Notes: a model not told the origin generated them from the sequence alone. 64,000 bases of DNA from an uncultured Nitrososphaeraceae archaeon (GCA_963729045.1 CAVSMN010000010.1:64001-128000); one strand, 5' to 3'. Shown: positions 21,649-33,471, counted from the stretch's first letter. A program made the numbers and translations.

Positions 21649-21768
21649 GATATTATTTAGTACTCATACCTTAAAACCGTAACTATTTGTAACCATTTGT
21701 AATCGAAATAAGAGAAATGTGACATAGTATACATAGATGTCTTATATCCTGCAACATAACATCCATCG

Positions 21769-22680
21769 ATGTATAATAGTTTAATAGTTAAAAATATAGA
21801 AAAATATTCACCAGTACACGAACACACTATTATCTATGACTACGAGAAAGGTGAGAAGCTTTGTAAGTCATGTGGCATCATTGTTCAAGATAAGATATAT
21901 GATGCCGAGTTAGACACTGATTTTCATAAATATAAAAGTGATACTAACACCGTATTGCCTCATTCCATTATTCTTAATGATAAAGGAATGTCAACAGCAA
22001 TCGCAGATTATGATACCAGTACATCCAAAAGGTTTTCAAATAGGAAAGAACATAATAAGATAGAGTTCTTAAATAAAATTGTTAGTTGCTCAAACAAGAA
22101 GAGAAATTTGAAAATAGTCATAGATCTTTTGAATCGTATAAAAGATAAATTATCCTTGACATCGTTCTGCATAGAAGAAGCATTATCTTATTACAAGAAG
22201 GCATTAGAAAACGGACTAATTAAAGGAAGATCAATAAAGGAAATGATCGTTTCATGTGTATATCTAGTTTGTAAGAAAACCAATATCCCAAGAACATTGC
22301 CAGAAATCTCCCAAATAGTGCAAGCTGATGAAATTTTTGCCGCCAGATGCTATCGTCTTTTAATGAGAGAGTTGAAAATTACACACGTACAATTCAAACC
22401 AGCTATTTTTATAAGAAAGATAGCAGACGAGGCAGAAATTAGTGAGAGAACAGCAAGAGAATCTATAGATATGCTTTTGGCCATACAAAATGAGAATGTA
22501 TTCTCTGGTAAGAATTCGCTCTCAATCGCTGCAGCCATTCTTTACATAACATGTAGAAAACATAAACAAAAAATATCGCAGGCAAAAATCGCTTCGGCAG
22601 CTAATATTAACATAATGACGCTAAGAAAAAGACTTTCAGAAGTCAGAAATGTAGTTGTGAATGCATCATTTCTCAATTAA
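21769..22680 (+). CDS. tfb: Transcription initiation factor IIB paralog (divergent)
   Basis: DYEKGEKLCKSCG, DKGMST, two cyclin repeats (KGRSIKEMIVSCVYLVCK; SGKNSLSIAAAILYI), TLRKR. Confidence 0.9.
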   Translation: MYNSLIVKNIEKYSPVHEHTIIYDYEKGEKLCKSCGIIVQDKIYDAELDTDFHKYKSDTNTVLPHSIILNDKGMSTAIADYDTSTSKRFSNRKEHNKIEFLNKIVSCSNKKRNLKIVIDLLNRIKDKLSLTSFCIEEALSYYKKALENGLIKGRSIKEMIVSCVYLVCKKTNIPRTLPEISQIVQADEIFAARCYRLLMRELKITHVQFKPAIFIRKIADEAEISERTARESIDMLLAIQNENVFSGKNSLSIAAAILYITCRKHKQKISQAKIASAANINIMTLRKRLSEVRNVVVNASFLN

Positions 22681-22899
22681 TGCCCTCTTTTTTAACTTTA
22701 ATCTTTTTTTGAACAATTACAACAAATAGTATTCATAATAGAATTTGGTCTTTTGCTAATAGTTTGTTGTGATTTGTTTTGTCTACTAAAATTTCATTCA
22801 AACATACTAACCACGAATATCATTTTTGTTTGACTATTGATAAAATACTAGAACAAAAATGATTCGTTTAAATAATTTTCAAGATATCCATAAGAAGGA

Positions 22900-24168
22900 T
22901 TGACATTAAAGGAAGACGCAATAAATTTACACCGATTACTTAGAGGTAAAATAGAGATCTCAAGCAGGATATCTTCAGATAATATTTTTGAAAATTCAAA
23001 AGAAGGCCGTGGAACTTTAAGTTCAATCTATACTCCGGGTGTCGCATATGTTTCAAATGAAATCCAAAAGAATAAAGAATTGGCATACGACTACACCTCA
23101 AAATGGAATAATATAGCGATAGTGTGTGATGGAACTAGAGTCTTAGGACTCGGCGATATTGGTCCAGAAGGAGCACTACCCGTAATGGAGGGAAAAGCAG
23201 TCTTATTTAAGACTCTTGGTAATGTAAATGCATTTCCACTTTGTATTTCTATAAAGGATAAAGAAGAAATTATCAAATTTGTCAAAGCTATTGAACCTTC
23301 ATTTGGTGCAATAAATATAGAGGATATTGAATCTCCCAAGGTTCTAGAAATAGTAGAAAGACTTCAAAAGGAAATGTCAATCCCAATTTTTCATGATGAT
23401 AGACATGGTACAGCAGTCATTACTCTTGCAGCTTTAATAAATGCATTACGAATAGTACAAAAGAACTCGAAGAACGTTAAAGTCGTGATTGCAGGTGCAG
23501 GGTCTGCAGGGTACGGCATCTTTAAGATTTTATCGAGGGCAGGTTTTGAAGAGATAATAGTAATAGACAAGAAAGGAGCCATTTACGATGGAAGAGATAA
23601 CAATGATAATAACGAAAAATTAAGAAATCTAGAATCAAACAAACAAAATGATCCAAAGCTCGATAGTAGTATTATCTTGAATTCATTTAAGAGAGAAATA
23701 GCTTTAAACTCCAATCCAAACAAGATAGTAGGCAATCTAGAAACAGCAATCAAAGAATCAGACATCTTTATTGGAACATCAGGGATTGGAAATCTCATGA
23801 GTTCACAAATGGTAAAATCGATGAAAAGAGATCCAATTGTTTTTGCATTGAGCAATCCTACACCAGAAATTTTACCCGACGAAGCAAAAGGTGCAGGAGC
23901 TAGAATTATGGCAACTGGTAGATCGGATTTTCCAAATCAAATTAATAACGCGGTAGTTTTCCCCTCAATATTTAGAGCATTATTAGATCTAAGAATAAGA
24001 AATTTGGATGAAAACATATTGATATCTGTATCCAAATCTATAGCAGACCTAGTTGACATTAAGCATTTAAACGAAGAATTCATCATTCCTAAAATAAACG
24101 ATCCGAGGATACTACCGGTAGTTACAAATTCCTTAAAGGAATATATCTTGAATCAAAATCCAAGATGA
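22900..24168 (+). CDS. NAD(P)-dependent malic enzyme
   Basis: YTPGVA, DGTRVLGLGDIG, PVMEGKA, INIEDI, FHDDRHGTA, GAGSAG, ALSNPTPEI, TGRSDFPNQINN. Confidence 0.95.
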   Translation: MTLKEDAINLHRLLRGKIEISSRISSDNIFENSKEGRGTLSSIYTPGVAYVSNEIQKNKELAYDYTSKWNNIAIVCDGTRVLGLGDIGPEGALPVMEGKAVLFKTLGNVNAFPLCISIKDKEEIIKFVKAIEPSFGAINIEDIESPKVLEIVERLQKEMSIPIFHDDRHGTAVITLAALINALRIVQKNSKNVKVVIAGAGSAGYGIFKILSRAGFEEIIVIDKKGAIYDGRDNNDNNEKLRNLESNKQNDPKLDSSIILNSFKREIALNSNPNKIVGNLETAIKESDIFIGTSGIGNLMSSQMVKSMKRDPIVFALSNPTPEILPDEAKGAGARIMATGRSDFPNQINNAVVFPSIFRALLDLRIRNLDENILISVSKSIADLVDIKHLNEEFIIPKINDPRILPVVTNSLKEYILNQNPR

Positions 24169-24502
24169 TTAGAACACAATACAAAAATATGATCGTGATT
24201 TATCATGAAATGGCGTACTTAGATCCATCTTAAGATCAAATTTATCAAACCGATATTTTAGTTGCCAGCAGTCATATATCACATATGATTATAAAATTTC
24301 ATTAAATTGGGAAACATCCAAAAATCCTAATTTGACGATCCCTGAGAATGCATCAGACCATTTAATATCTATATGAAGAGAAAGAAGAAGAAGAAGAAAT
24401 GAAATATACAGTTTTAGTCACTAGTGGTAACAAAAACAAAAATGTGGTAATCTTATTAAGAGTTTAGTTTATCATCACTAATCATAGTAGTGAACAAGGA
24501 TT

Positions 24503-25961
24503 ATGAAAAGAGACGACATTGAAAAATCTCAAAACGAAATCACAGATAAGAAAAATAATAATCCTGATGGTTTGAATTTCAACATAGATAAAACAGTTAT
24601 CCTGATTACCGGTGCGAGCGGGTTTATAGGAAGCAGACTGTTGAATGAATTGATTGAAAATAAAGAACAGAAAGATGTTAAATATTTTATACGAGGTTTA
24701 TCTAGACATAAAAATCAATTTGATATTGAAAAATTAAGGAATTCTCAAGTTTCAGTTGAAATTATGGAAGGCGATTTAAGTGATTATGATGATTGTGTAA
24801 AGGCATTATCAGATGTTGATATAGCTTATTATCTTGTTCATTCAATGGAAGGGTCATCCAGAAATTGGAAAAAATTCTCAGAAAGAGAAAAAATTACCGC
24901 CGAAAATTTTATGAACGCGGCAAATCAATGTAATGTAAAAAGGATCATCTATCTGGGTGGATTAACCTACGGTAAAGATGATGACCTATCTCAACACATG
25001 CAAAGTAGGAAACAAGTAGGAGACATATTGAAGAAATCGAAATCAAAGGTAACAATTTTCCGTGCAGCAGTAATTTTAGGTAGCGGCGGAGGATCATTTG
25101 AAATGTTAAGATATTTGGTGGAAAGATTGCCTTTAATGGTATGTCCTAAATGGGTATTGACAAAGTGTCAACCAATATTCATAGGAGATGTTATAACATA
25201 TCTTTCTAAATCTATCGAGATAAAAGAAACAGAAGGTAGGACCTTCGATATAGGGGGTCCAGATATACTTTCGTATTTAGACATGATGAAGATTTACGCC
25301 AAAATTCTTGACAAATCTATCAAGATACTAATAATTCCTTTTTTGACTCCAAGATTGTCTTCATACTGGGTAGATTTGGTAACGCCCATAAGAGCATCAC
25401 TAGCAAGGCCTCTGATAGACAGTCTAAAGCACGAATCAACAGTAAGAGACGATTCAATTCTCAGAATTATTCCTACTGAATTAAAGCCATTTAAAGAATC
25501 ATTAGAATTCTGCATGAAGGAAGAGAAAAAGTACAAGAAAAAGGGTAGAAGAAATTTGAAGAAAGAAAGAACATCTCTGTCAATAAACTACAAGATTCTT
25601 CTAATTTCTTTATTATTACTACTAGTAATAGGAACTACCTACTATTTTCTAGATGATAGAAAGACTTTCTTGGGACCCTTCTGGCTATCTATCGCAATCG
25701 TTTGGTATATTCTAATTCTAACAGCCATATACTTTGTACACTTTTGGAGCCAGGCTTGGTGCTTTGATTGCTGGAATACTCGCTTGGGGAACTTTATTCT
25801 TCTGGATCTTGGATAATGCGTATATTGTATTTGGACATCCAATAATAGCACAAAAGCCAGGAGCAGATGAAACATGGAGAGACATGATTGGAATAATAAT
25901 TGCAATCTTTACTATCTTATCATCCCACAATATCTTTCACAAGATTAGACTACACAGTTAA
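24503..25961 (+). CDS. YbjT-like atypical SDR with C-terminal TM helices; +1 frameshift near 25742
   Basis: ITGASGFIG, YYLVHSM, IIYLGGL, RAAVILGSGGGSFEML; joins ORF 25734-25961. Confidence 0.85.
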
Positions 25962-26125
25962 TTTCATTTTCCCCAAACTTAATCCGAACGAAGGTTTTAG
26001 AATCAATGATATCATGATTTATTCTGAATTGACATCTCAATAATAATCATCCATGAGTATACGAGTTAGCACTAGTTACAATGCTTTAGCACTATGTTAA
26101 TATCTTTGTATTAACACACAAGAAT

Positions 26126-27043
26126 ATGGTTTTCATACGAGTAAAAAAAGTAAAAGGCTTTGATTATTATTATTTGGTAAAGAGCCAATGGGATTCGAAG
26201 AGAAAGATATCCATGCAACATACAATAAAATATTTGGGAAAGGCTACTGATGTAACAATTGATAGTATTCCTCCAGAATATAAGAATAATCCAAGAATCT
26301 TATCTCTGTTAGCATCAGTTACTCAAGAACATGAAAACAAAGTGGTCGTAATAACAGCTTTGAAAAAAAGGGTTTTTGATGCATTAAAGAATGGTGATAT
26401 TGAAAAGATAGCAGATGTTGCAGGAAAATACAAAGAACAGGCAAGCTTAGCTGAATTTTATGACGATATTCTAAGACCCGTTCTATATGATGTTGGGTAT
26501 CTCTGGCAAGAAAATAAATTAGATATTGGAATGGAACATGTCTGTAGCAACACGGCAAACAAAACAATTCACATGATCACAGATTCAATCAAGCCTAACG
26601 ATAAAATGGAGAATATTATCATATGTACTCCTGATGGAGAACTTCACAATATAGCCTGCAACATCATAGAATCCTTACTATTTGAAAAAGGGTTTCGAGT
26701 TATTAACGTATCACCATCAATTCCCACTGATTCAATGATTAACTATATTGATGAAACTAAACCATTTATGATACTTATTTCAGTTACCCTTAAAGATAAC
26801 ATAGGTTCGGCAGTAAGGCTCATAAAAAAGATCAGTACAATATTTAATATTCCTATCTTGGTTGGAGGACTAGCCATAAATCATAGTAGCGATATTGAAA
26901 GAAAAAATATAGAAGCTATTAGTCCTCATGTTAGAATAATTGTAAACTCTCCATTAACTGCAATCGTAAAAACCATTAAAGGTATAGCCAAGAGTAATAA
27001 CACAAGAAATATTAAGAATTTTGAGCAAGAGTTGGTAGTTTAA
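26126..27043 (+). CDS. Cobalamin-binding protein with CarH-like W-x9-EH bundle and B12 Rossmann domain
   Basis: GYLWQENKLDIGMEH; TPDGELHNIA; ISVT; ILVGG. Confidence 0.85.
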   Translation: MVFIRVKKVKGFDYYYLVKSQWDSKRKISMQHTIKYLGKATDVTIDSIPPEYKNNPRILSLLASVTQEHENKVVVITALKKRVFDALKNGDIEKIADVAGKYKEQASLAEFYDDILRPVLYDVGYLWQENKLDIGMEHVCSNTANKTIHMITDSIKPNDKMENIIICTPDGELHNIACNIIESLLFEKGFRVINVSPSIPTDSMINYIDETKPFMILISVTLKDNIGSAVRLIKKISTIFNIPILVGGLAINHSSDIERKNIEAISPHVRIIVNSPLTAIVKTIKGIAKSNNTRNIKNFEQELVV

Positions 27044-27288
27044 CTAAAAAACACTCCTTCAGTAAGACACTGATGGGACAATAGATTGAAAAGTAGATCA
27101 AATTGATGAAAAATTAACCACTCAACATTTCTTTATTTATAGAGACCAATGATCATAATAATCATGTATATAATTTGTATAAAACGTTTTTAGATACATA
27201 CACGGATTATTAGTACAGGAATCTGTATTTCAGGATCTTTCTCTTATTACCCGTAAAGGATACTTTGCTTGTTCTTAGTTGCAAAATA

Positions 27289-27591
27289 TTAGAAATTGTC
27301 GCCAAAATTTTTCATATTGGAATCTACCTGGTCTTGAGGATTTGCAGTCCCTTTCTTTTTATGTTCACTCTTATGAACCCTAGCGTCCATCTCTTTTTCA
27401 TGTTCTTCACGTACATGATGTAATCTATCCTTTTCGTGAATGAATTCTTTCCCACATTTATGGCATTTTAAGATCAACTTATGATGTACTGTTTTATAAT
27501 GATTCATCAGATCTTCCTCAGAACTAAACTTTTCCCCATCAACTTCGCAAGAATATTTATTATGAAAGAAATCCACACATCTTCTAGTCAT
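27289..27591 (-). CDS. Double C2H2-type zinc-finger protein
   Basis: CEVDGEKF...HYKTVH; CHKCGKEF...HVREEH. Confidence 0.75.
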   Translation of the reverse strand: MTRRCVDFFHNKYSCEVDGEKFSSEEDLMNHYKTVHHKLILKCHKCGKEFIHEKDRLHHVREEHEKEMDARVHKSEHKKKGTANPQDQVDSNMKNFGDNF

Positions 27592-27814
27592 AAGATATTA
27601 TTAAGTTCTTTTATTGTGTATTTGTGGCAGCATATCTACAATAAGAAAAAATCATTATCAATGGTATTTCAATTTATGAGATTAAATCTCTGTTATAATA
27701 GTAGATTTGTCAAATTCATGAAATGAGAATAAAAAGGGTTTGTGGATAAAGTCAAGTATCATATCAGACTAAGAATTCACAATATTCTAAAATATTACAT
27801 GAATAGATAAAGGA

Positions 27815-28615
27815 TCAGCTTATCAGGTTAATTATCCAATCATACATAGGAATATTGGCAACAGCTATGAATGACATTCTAGAGTTTACAGAAAGATTAG
27901 TATTTAATTCCTTTCCAGAAGTATCAAAAATTAATCCTCCTGCTTCTTTAGCTATTAGATAACAGGCGGCCATATCTATTGCCCTTATCTTGTCTCGGAT
28001 ATCAATATATGCATCTATAGAACCACGTGCAAAATAGCACAATTCTAATGCATTTGCACCCAGGTGCCTAACGTGACTAATTGACGAAACCAATTTTGAA
28101 ATGGATAAAAAATGGTCTTCCGATAGTCCAGAAATATTCAATCCAATCACCATTTCTTTTATAGAAAGTGAAGGCTCCTTCGCAGTATGGATTTTTTTTT
28201 CATTCAAAAATGAGCCGGTGGACAGGGATGCATGGTATAAATCTCCAGATACTAGATTAAATACCACAGCATCAGTAACAGATTTTAAATTAGTATCAGG
28301 AGAATAAGCAAGTGAACAGCAGTAAAATGGCAATCCACAATTAGCGTTGGTTGTACCGTCAACTCCATCCATAACAACTAGTCCACTATCTTTGCCTTCT
28401 ATAAACCCGCATTCTTCTCCCACCACATCAGGATTAAAAGAATTCTTCTTTAGAATCTCAAAAACAGATTTTTCGGCAAGTAGATCAATTTTAGTGGATA
28501 CATCACCGCCTGCACCGATTCCAAACTTTTCTTGTCCCTCAACGGTTCCAATCAAATCATGGGTATTCTTATAAACATTAATAGCACATTCTTTTAATAT
28601 ATCTAAGATCGGCAC
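27815..28615 (-). CDS. Bifunctional FBPase/inositol monophosphatase family protein
   Basis: GAGGD, VGEECG, DGVDGTTN, RHLGANALE, IDMAA. Confidence 0.9.
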   Translation of the reverse strand: MPILDILKECAINVYKNTHDLIGTVEGQEKFGIGAGGDVSTKIDLLAEKSVFEILKKNSFNPDVVGEECGFIEGKDSGLVVMDGVDGTTNANCGLPFYCCSLAYSPDTNLKSVTDAVVFNLVSGDLYHASLSTGSFLNEKKIHTAKEPSLSIKEMVIGLNISGLSEDHFLSISKLVSSISHVRHLGANALELCYFARGSIDAYIDIRDKIRAIDMAACYLIAKEAGGLIFDTSGKELNTNLSVNSRMSFIAVANIPMYDWIINLIS

Positions 28616-28954
28616 ATTGAATCACAATGATCTTATTTTAACAAGCAAATAAAAACTATGAAATCAAGATTCAGGGTGAAGACAACAAACCTAGAAAATT
28701 AGATACAAGAATATATACTTGATCAAGACTTGAAATTAAATGTTATTTAATCACATGGCTATGAAATATTCTTAGCATCGATAACTATATTGTACAATAT
28801 ACATCAAATTAGAAGAAAATTGTAAATTTCATCTATCAAATGATTGAGGCTATGAACAGCTTAGCCTCATAGGTCATCAGTTTTGTCTAAAGATTATATT
28901 AATTAGGACCTTATGACAAATAATAAAAACTCCAATCTCTTAACTACTGTATAA

Positions 28955-30561
28955 ATGCGCAGAGAGGTAAATAAATTACAGAATGATTTGACGACTACCA
29001 CGATTACAAATGAGGAGCTTTTAGGTGTGGTCATAGGCGTAACTAAACCAGGATACATTACTTTTGAAGGTAAAGAGCCTGTGGGCTTAGGAGAATACAT
29101 CACAATAACAGAAGATCTTCAAAAAAGGATTCTTGGTGTAGTGGAATCATGTTCTATTAAGAGCGATGCGCTAGATGAGATTTCTAACTTTGAAGAAGCT
29201 CTAGAGAGTAAGGTCGTAGCTGAAATAAACAAGAGAGATAAGAGCTTTAAGGTTAATGTAAAAATTCTCGGCATGCTTGACTTGTTAAAAAAATCAAAGG
29301 CCATCTTACCGGAAATACCACCACTGCCAGGAACCGAGGTATATAGAGCAAAAAAAGATGATCTAAAGGACATTTTTGATTCCGAGGATGAATCATGGCT
29401 AAAGATCGGTATCTCTTAAGAAATGCAAACGTGAATGTCAGAGTCAACATCAATAGACTTACAACTAGACACCTAGGAATTTTGGCAATGACAGGTATGG
29501 GAAAAAGTAATTTAGTCAGTGTCATTGCAAAATCGATAGCAAAAATTCCGGGCACTATGGTGATCTTTGACTATCACGATGAATATCGCTTTCTACAGGG
29601 AGAGAACATAAATTTTGTACAAGCTCAGATAAACCCAAGATTATTAACATCCGATAAGTTTGGAGAAGTCATAGAAATAAGAGAAAACGCAGACATTCAA
29701 AACACAATATTACTAAAGGCCTATGATAACGATGATCTGAAAAAGAAAATAGGGGACGACTTTTGGGAGGAATTAGAGAAAAATGTAAAAGACATAGGTT
29801 TTAGGGAAAAGAGATTTGCAAGTTCTGCAGACAGAGTATTAGACAAGATCAAGGAAGCTAGGAGAAGATTTGATAGCATTTTGATTCCAAATGCATCAGA
29901 TCCTGTTTCTCAAATCAGAGAAGGTTGTATAAATATAATAAATCTAATAGAATTTACTGAGAAACAAGCTAATGTAGCGATATCGTTTTATCTCGAATCA
30001 ATCCTGTATCAAAGAAAGCTCTCAAAGAGTCTGAGCTTTAAATCAAATTACGGAAGCACTGACCAAATATTATTTCATAGTCCTGTTATTGTGGTAATTG
30101 AAGAAGCCCATGTATTCATGCCTAAGAATGAGCATACCGATACCAAGTATATTGCTTCGAAGGTTGCAAGAGAAGGAAGAAAATTTGGGGTAGGACTAAT
30201 AATAGTATCTCAACGACCACGAACTTTGGACCCAAATGTATTGAGTCAAATGGGTTCCTTAGCAATAATGAAGTTGGTTCAACAAGAAGACCAATCACAA
30301 ATTGAATCATCTAGTGAATCAATAAACGGTAAGATTATTGAACAATTGCCATCTCTTAACCCCGGAGAAGCGTTGTTAGTAGGACAGTGGGTAAATTTAC
30401 CTTCATTTATAAGAATTGACGAAATAGTTGAAAGAACAATGGGAAAGGATCCAGAACCAGTAAACGAGTGGAAAAACAACAAAGAGAAAAAAGATATGTC
30501 AATCGAGGACAGTCAGATGTATATCAGAGAAGATTACATAGAAGAGGAATACATAGAATAA
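28955..30561 (+). CDS. herA: HerA DNA translocase/helicase; frameshift near 29410
   Basis: N-terminal HAS barrel; RHLGILAMTGMGKSN Walker A; VIEEAH Walker B; REGRKFG; SQRP. Confidence 0.92.
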
Positions 30562-30614
30562 TATGATAGAGTTAAATACATAAATTTGTTAGGCTCTATT
30601 CCCTATCTATAATA

Positions 30615-30908
30615 ATGAACATCGCCATGATTACCAAAACTAGGGAAAGGATAGATTTAAAGCTATATGATGATAATCTAAAAAATTTGACTAACGAGAT
30701 TTTTGAGGATATATATACATTGAATTTTTTCTTACAAACTATCCCAAAAACTTTTGGTCAAGACAAGACGCTTTTGATTTTTAACGATTTGGAAAGAACA
30801 AACAGCGTTTTGGACCTACCAGATAAAGATGCAAATCCAGAAGGTTATGGCCACAATGTAAAACTTTTACTGGCCAAGGATGAAAATTCCTATTTTATAG
30901 AAGAATAG
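30615..30908 (+). CDS. Hypothetical protein
   Basis: 97-aa ORF following herA. Confidence 0.6.
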   Translation: MNIAMITKTRERIDLKLYDDNLKNLTNEIFEDIYTLNFFLQTIPKTFGQDKTLLIFNDLERTNSVLDLPDKDANPEGYGHNVKLLLAKDENSYFIEE

Positions 30909-30969
30909 GCAACTCTTTTACTTGACAAAGGATCATAATGAATGAGAGAATGCTAAAGTCATTTATTTT

Positions 30970-31200
30970 CTACGTTTCAGGATTATTATATTTAAAACAT
31001 TTTCTTGCTATTGAAACCTTGCTTATAGAGTGACATATCGGACATTCAGCCCAGTTTTTTCCTCCAGAGTATCTCCAATAATAATTACACTTTTGGTACA
31101 TACATTGAATCCAAAATGTTTTTTTTGGACCCTTCAACCAGTTTTCTTGCAATGGTTTACGAGTTCTTCGTGCCGCTCTAGGCAAACGAGATAATTTCAT
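30970..31200 (-). CDS. Basic Zn-ribbon microprotein
   Basis: CMYQKCNYYWRYSG...CPICH. Confidence 0.65.
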   Translation of the reverse strand: MKLSRLPRAARRTRKPLQENWLKGPKKTFWIQCMYQKCNYYWRYSGGKNWAECPICHSISKVSIARKCFKYNNPET

Positions 31201-31315
31201 GGTGTTTACGACATCTACTATATTTGTTCATGATCTATTAATCTTTTCTATACATGTGATCTTGGAGTTTCAATATTGCAAATGCGAATGAGTTCATACA
31301 TACGCTAACGAATTT

Positions 31316-33469
31316 TTAGACAACACTCACACTGGAACCCTTCTCAGTCATCTTGAATTTATACACTTGTTCAACCTCAGAATTTTCAAATATCTCTTCA
31401 TCATGAGTAATAATTATCATTTGGGACAACGGACTCATACCTTTGCTAAAGACGTCTGAAATAATTTTTACAAACGATCGACGTCTTTCCTCATCCAAAT
31501 TGGTCGTAGGTTCATCTAAAACTATGAAATCAATTTTTGATGAACCCATCAAGAATGCAATCCCCATCCTAATAGCCAGTGATACAGCGACTTTCTCGCC
31601 TCCGCTCAATGATACAGTATCAATTTCTCCTCGCTTTCCATAACAAAGTACCTTTATTTCTCGTGGTTTTTCAACTAATGTAATTTTTGAAAGTCCAACG
31701 TTGAAAATGTTGATGTATTCAGAGGCTTTAGCAGAAATCAAGTTTAATGCTCGTGTCCTTAAACTTGAACTCACGATACCATCTCTGTTAAAGACCGTGG
31801 AGCGAATATTTTCAAGATCTGAAATAAATTTTGCGGCAGACGATAACTCTATAATCAATGTTTGAAATTCCGAATTTTCTCTTTGAATGTCTACGATTGT
31901 TTTTTCCAATATCGCTTTTTGATTGTGAATACTGACCATTTCCACTGAAAGCTTGCTTTTGGTTAATTTTTTTTGTTGATAAGAATTTAAATCAACCTCG
32001 ATTACATCATTTCTCATATTTTGAATAATATCAATCAAGTTTGCAGAATATTCATCTAATTTGTATGCGGATAGATTGATATTTATTAAAGTATCCAATT
32101 GTAGTTTGGCTAGGCTCTGGTGATCTTTTTTTAGATTCTCTAGTTTATGCTCCAAGGTATCGGTACTACCATCAATATCAAAATCATAATTTAATAGAGT
32201 ACGCTCTGCAGATATTATATTTTTCTCCTTCCTCTTGAATTCCATCTCCTCTTTGTTTAGTTTGGAAATTTCAGAGAGTATAGACTGTTTCTCTTTAATC
32301 TTTTTGTTGAGTTCAAAATTAATATGAGAAATATCAAACATTTGGTTAAGCGACATGATTTCAGAGTTACAAACAGGACATTTGCCATCTTTAATTTGGA
32401 TTTTTTGAGCACATTCTGTAAATCCTCTTAACTTTCCTATCTCCCCCTCTACTTTGATAACTCTACTGTTTAATTCATCTAATTCGGAATTGACCATCTG
32501 AATAGTGATATAGACTTCGTCTTTGTCCCTCAAAAATCTAACAGCACTTTTTATGTCCACAATCATTCTTTGTGATCTATCAATTTCTGTTTTCAAAGAA
32601 TTTGATCGTTCTCGGAAATATTTTAATAAAGTATTTTCTAAAGATCTGATCTCAGAAAGTTTAGCTATTTTTGGCTCAAGAATTTCGATTTGTTTTTCCA
32701 ATTCATTTAATGTTTCTGTTTTTTGAGATAATTGTACGAGGACGGTATTTAACGTTTGTTTTGATTGCAAGAGTCTAGATTCATTATCTTTAGTTTTCTT
32801 AATGAGAATGTTTATTTGATTATCGTCATAACCTTGGGTTTTTTCTCGTAGTATTTTTCTAAATTCTTCAATAACAGTATGCATATTATTGAAAGATTTA
32901 TCCAATCTATCTAATCCAATCATGTTATTTAGTAATTCTTTAAATTCCCTAGGTTGTGAATCTATTATTTTACTAATTTCACCTTGTTGAATAATGCCAG
33001 CTATTTGCAATTTAGTATAGTTAATCCCCATTATAGACTCCGTTTCATGGATTACTGATTCACCAAGTTGCTTTCGTTCACCAGAGATCATTGGTCTGTA
33101 GATGGATTTGTTATTTTGATCCATCTCCAAATTATTGTTGCCACTTTTAATCACCTGTTCTAATTTAACCGAAGTCAATCGGCCTTGGCTATCTATTTGT
33201 CTTTTGATCCTATAATTTGTGGACCCAATAGAGAATTCTAAAATAACATACGATCCCGTTTCATTATTAACATATCCACCCATTCCTCTTGTTAGCAAAT
33301 TCTTGTTAGATTTGCGAGTGTGTTCATCGAATAGGGCAAAAGTTATAGAATCGATAATACTGGATTTACCTGAACCGTTGTGCCCCACAAAAACTGTAAT
33401 GCCAGGATGAAACTCAAGAATAGTATCGGTGTGTGACAAAAAGTTGTTTAAAACAATCCTTTTTATCAA
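31316..33469 (-). CDS. rad50: Rad50 ATPase
   Basis: GHNGSGKS, Q-loop IQQGEI, zinc hook CPVC, LSGGE, LDEPT, ITHD. Confidence 0.95.
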   Translation of the reverse strand: MIKRIVLNNFLSHTDTILEFHPGITVFVGHNGSGKSSIIDSITFALFDEHTRKSNKNLLTRGMGGYVNNETGSYVILEFSIGSTNYRIKRQIDSQGRLTSVKLEQVIKSGNNNLEMDQNNKSIYRPMISGERKQLGESVIHETESIMGINYTKLQIAGIIQQGEISKIIDSQPREFKELLNNMIGLDRLDKSFNNMHTVIEEFRKILREKTQGYDDNQINILIKKTKDNESRLLQSKQTLNTVLVQLSQKTETLNELEKQIEILEPKIAKLSEIRSLENTLLKYFRERSNSLKTEIDRSQRMIVDIKSAVRFLRDKDEVYITIQMVNSELDELNSRVIKVEGEIGKLRGFTECAQKIQIKDGKCPVCNSEIMSLNQMFDISHINFELNKKIKEKQSILSEISKLNKEEMEFKRKEKNIISAERTLLNYDFDIDGSTDTLEHKLENLKKDHQSLAKLQLDTLININLSAYKLDEYSANLIDIIQNMRNDVIEVDLNSYQQKKLTKSKLSVEMVSIHNQKAILEKTIVDIQRENSEFQTLIIELSSAAKFISDLENIRSTVFNRDGIVSSSLRTRALNLISAKASEYINIFNVGLSKITLVEKPREIKVLCYGKRGEIDTVSLSGGEKVAVSLAIRMGIAFLMGSSKIDFIVLDEPTTNLDEERRRSFVKIISDVFSKGMSPLSQMIIITHDEEIFENSEVEQVYKFKMTEKGSSVSVV

Positions 33470-33471
33470 TC

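Noticed and set aside
26126..26260. N-terminus resembling IS1634-type transposase starts
   Set aside because: No DDE domain or terminal inverted repeats; it is fused to a B12-binding domain
29395..29420. Programmed ribosomal frameshift in herA or other split genes
   Set aside because: No X-XXY-YYZ slippery site or shared downstream structure; indel error is more parsimonious
28955..30561. HerA as an anti-phage HerA (Sir2-HerA/Nezha type)
   Set aside because: Has a HAS barrel and sits beside mre11/rad50; no defence effector is adjacent
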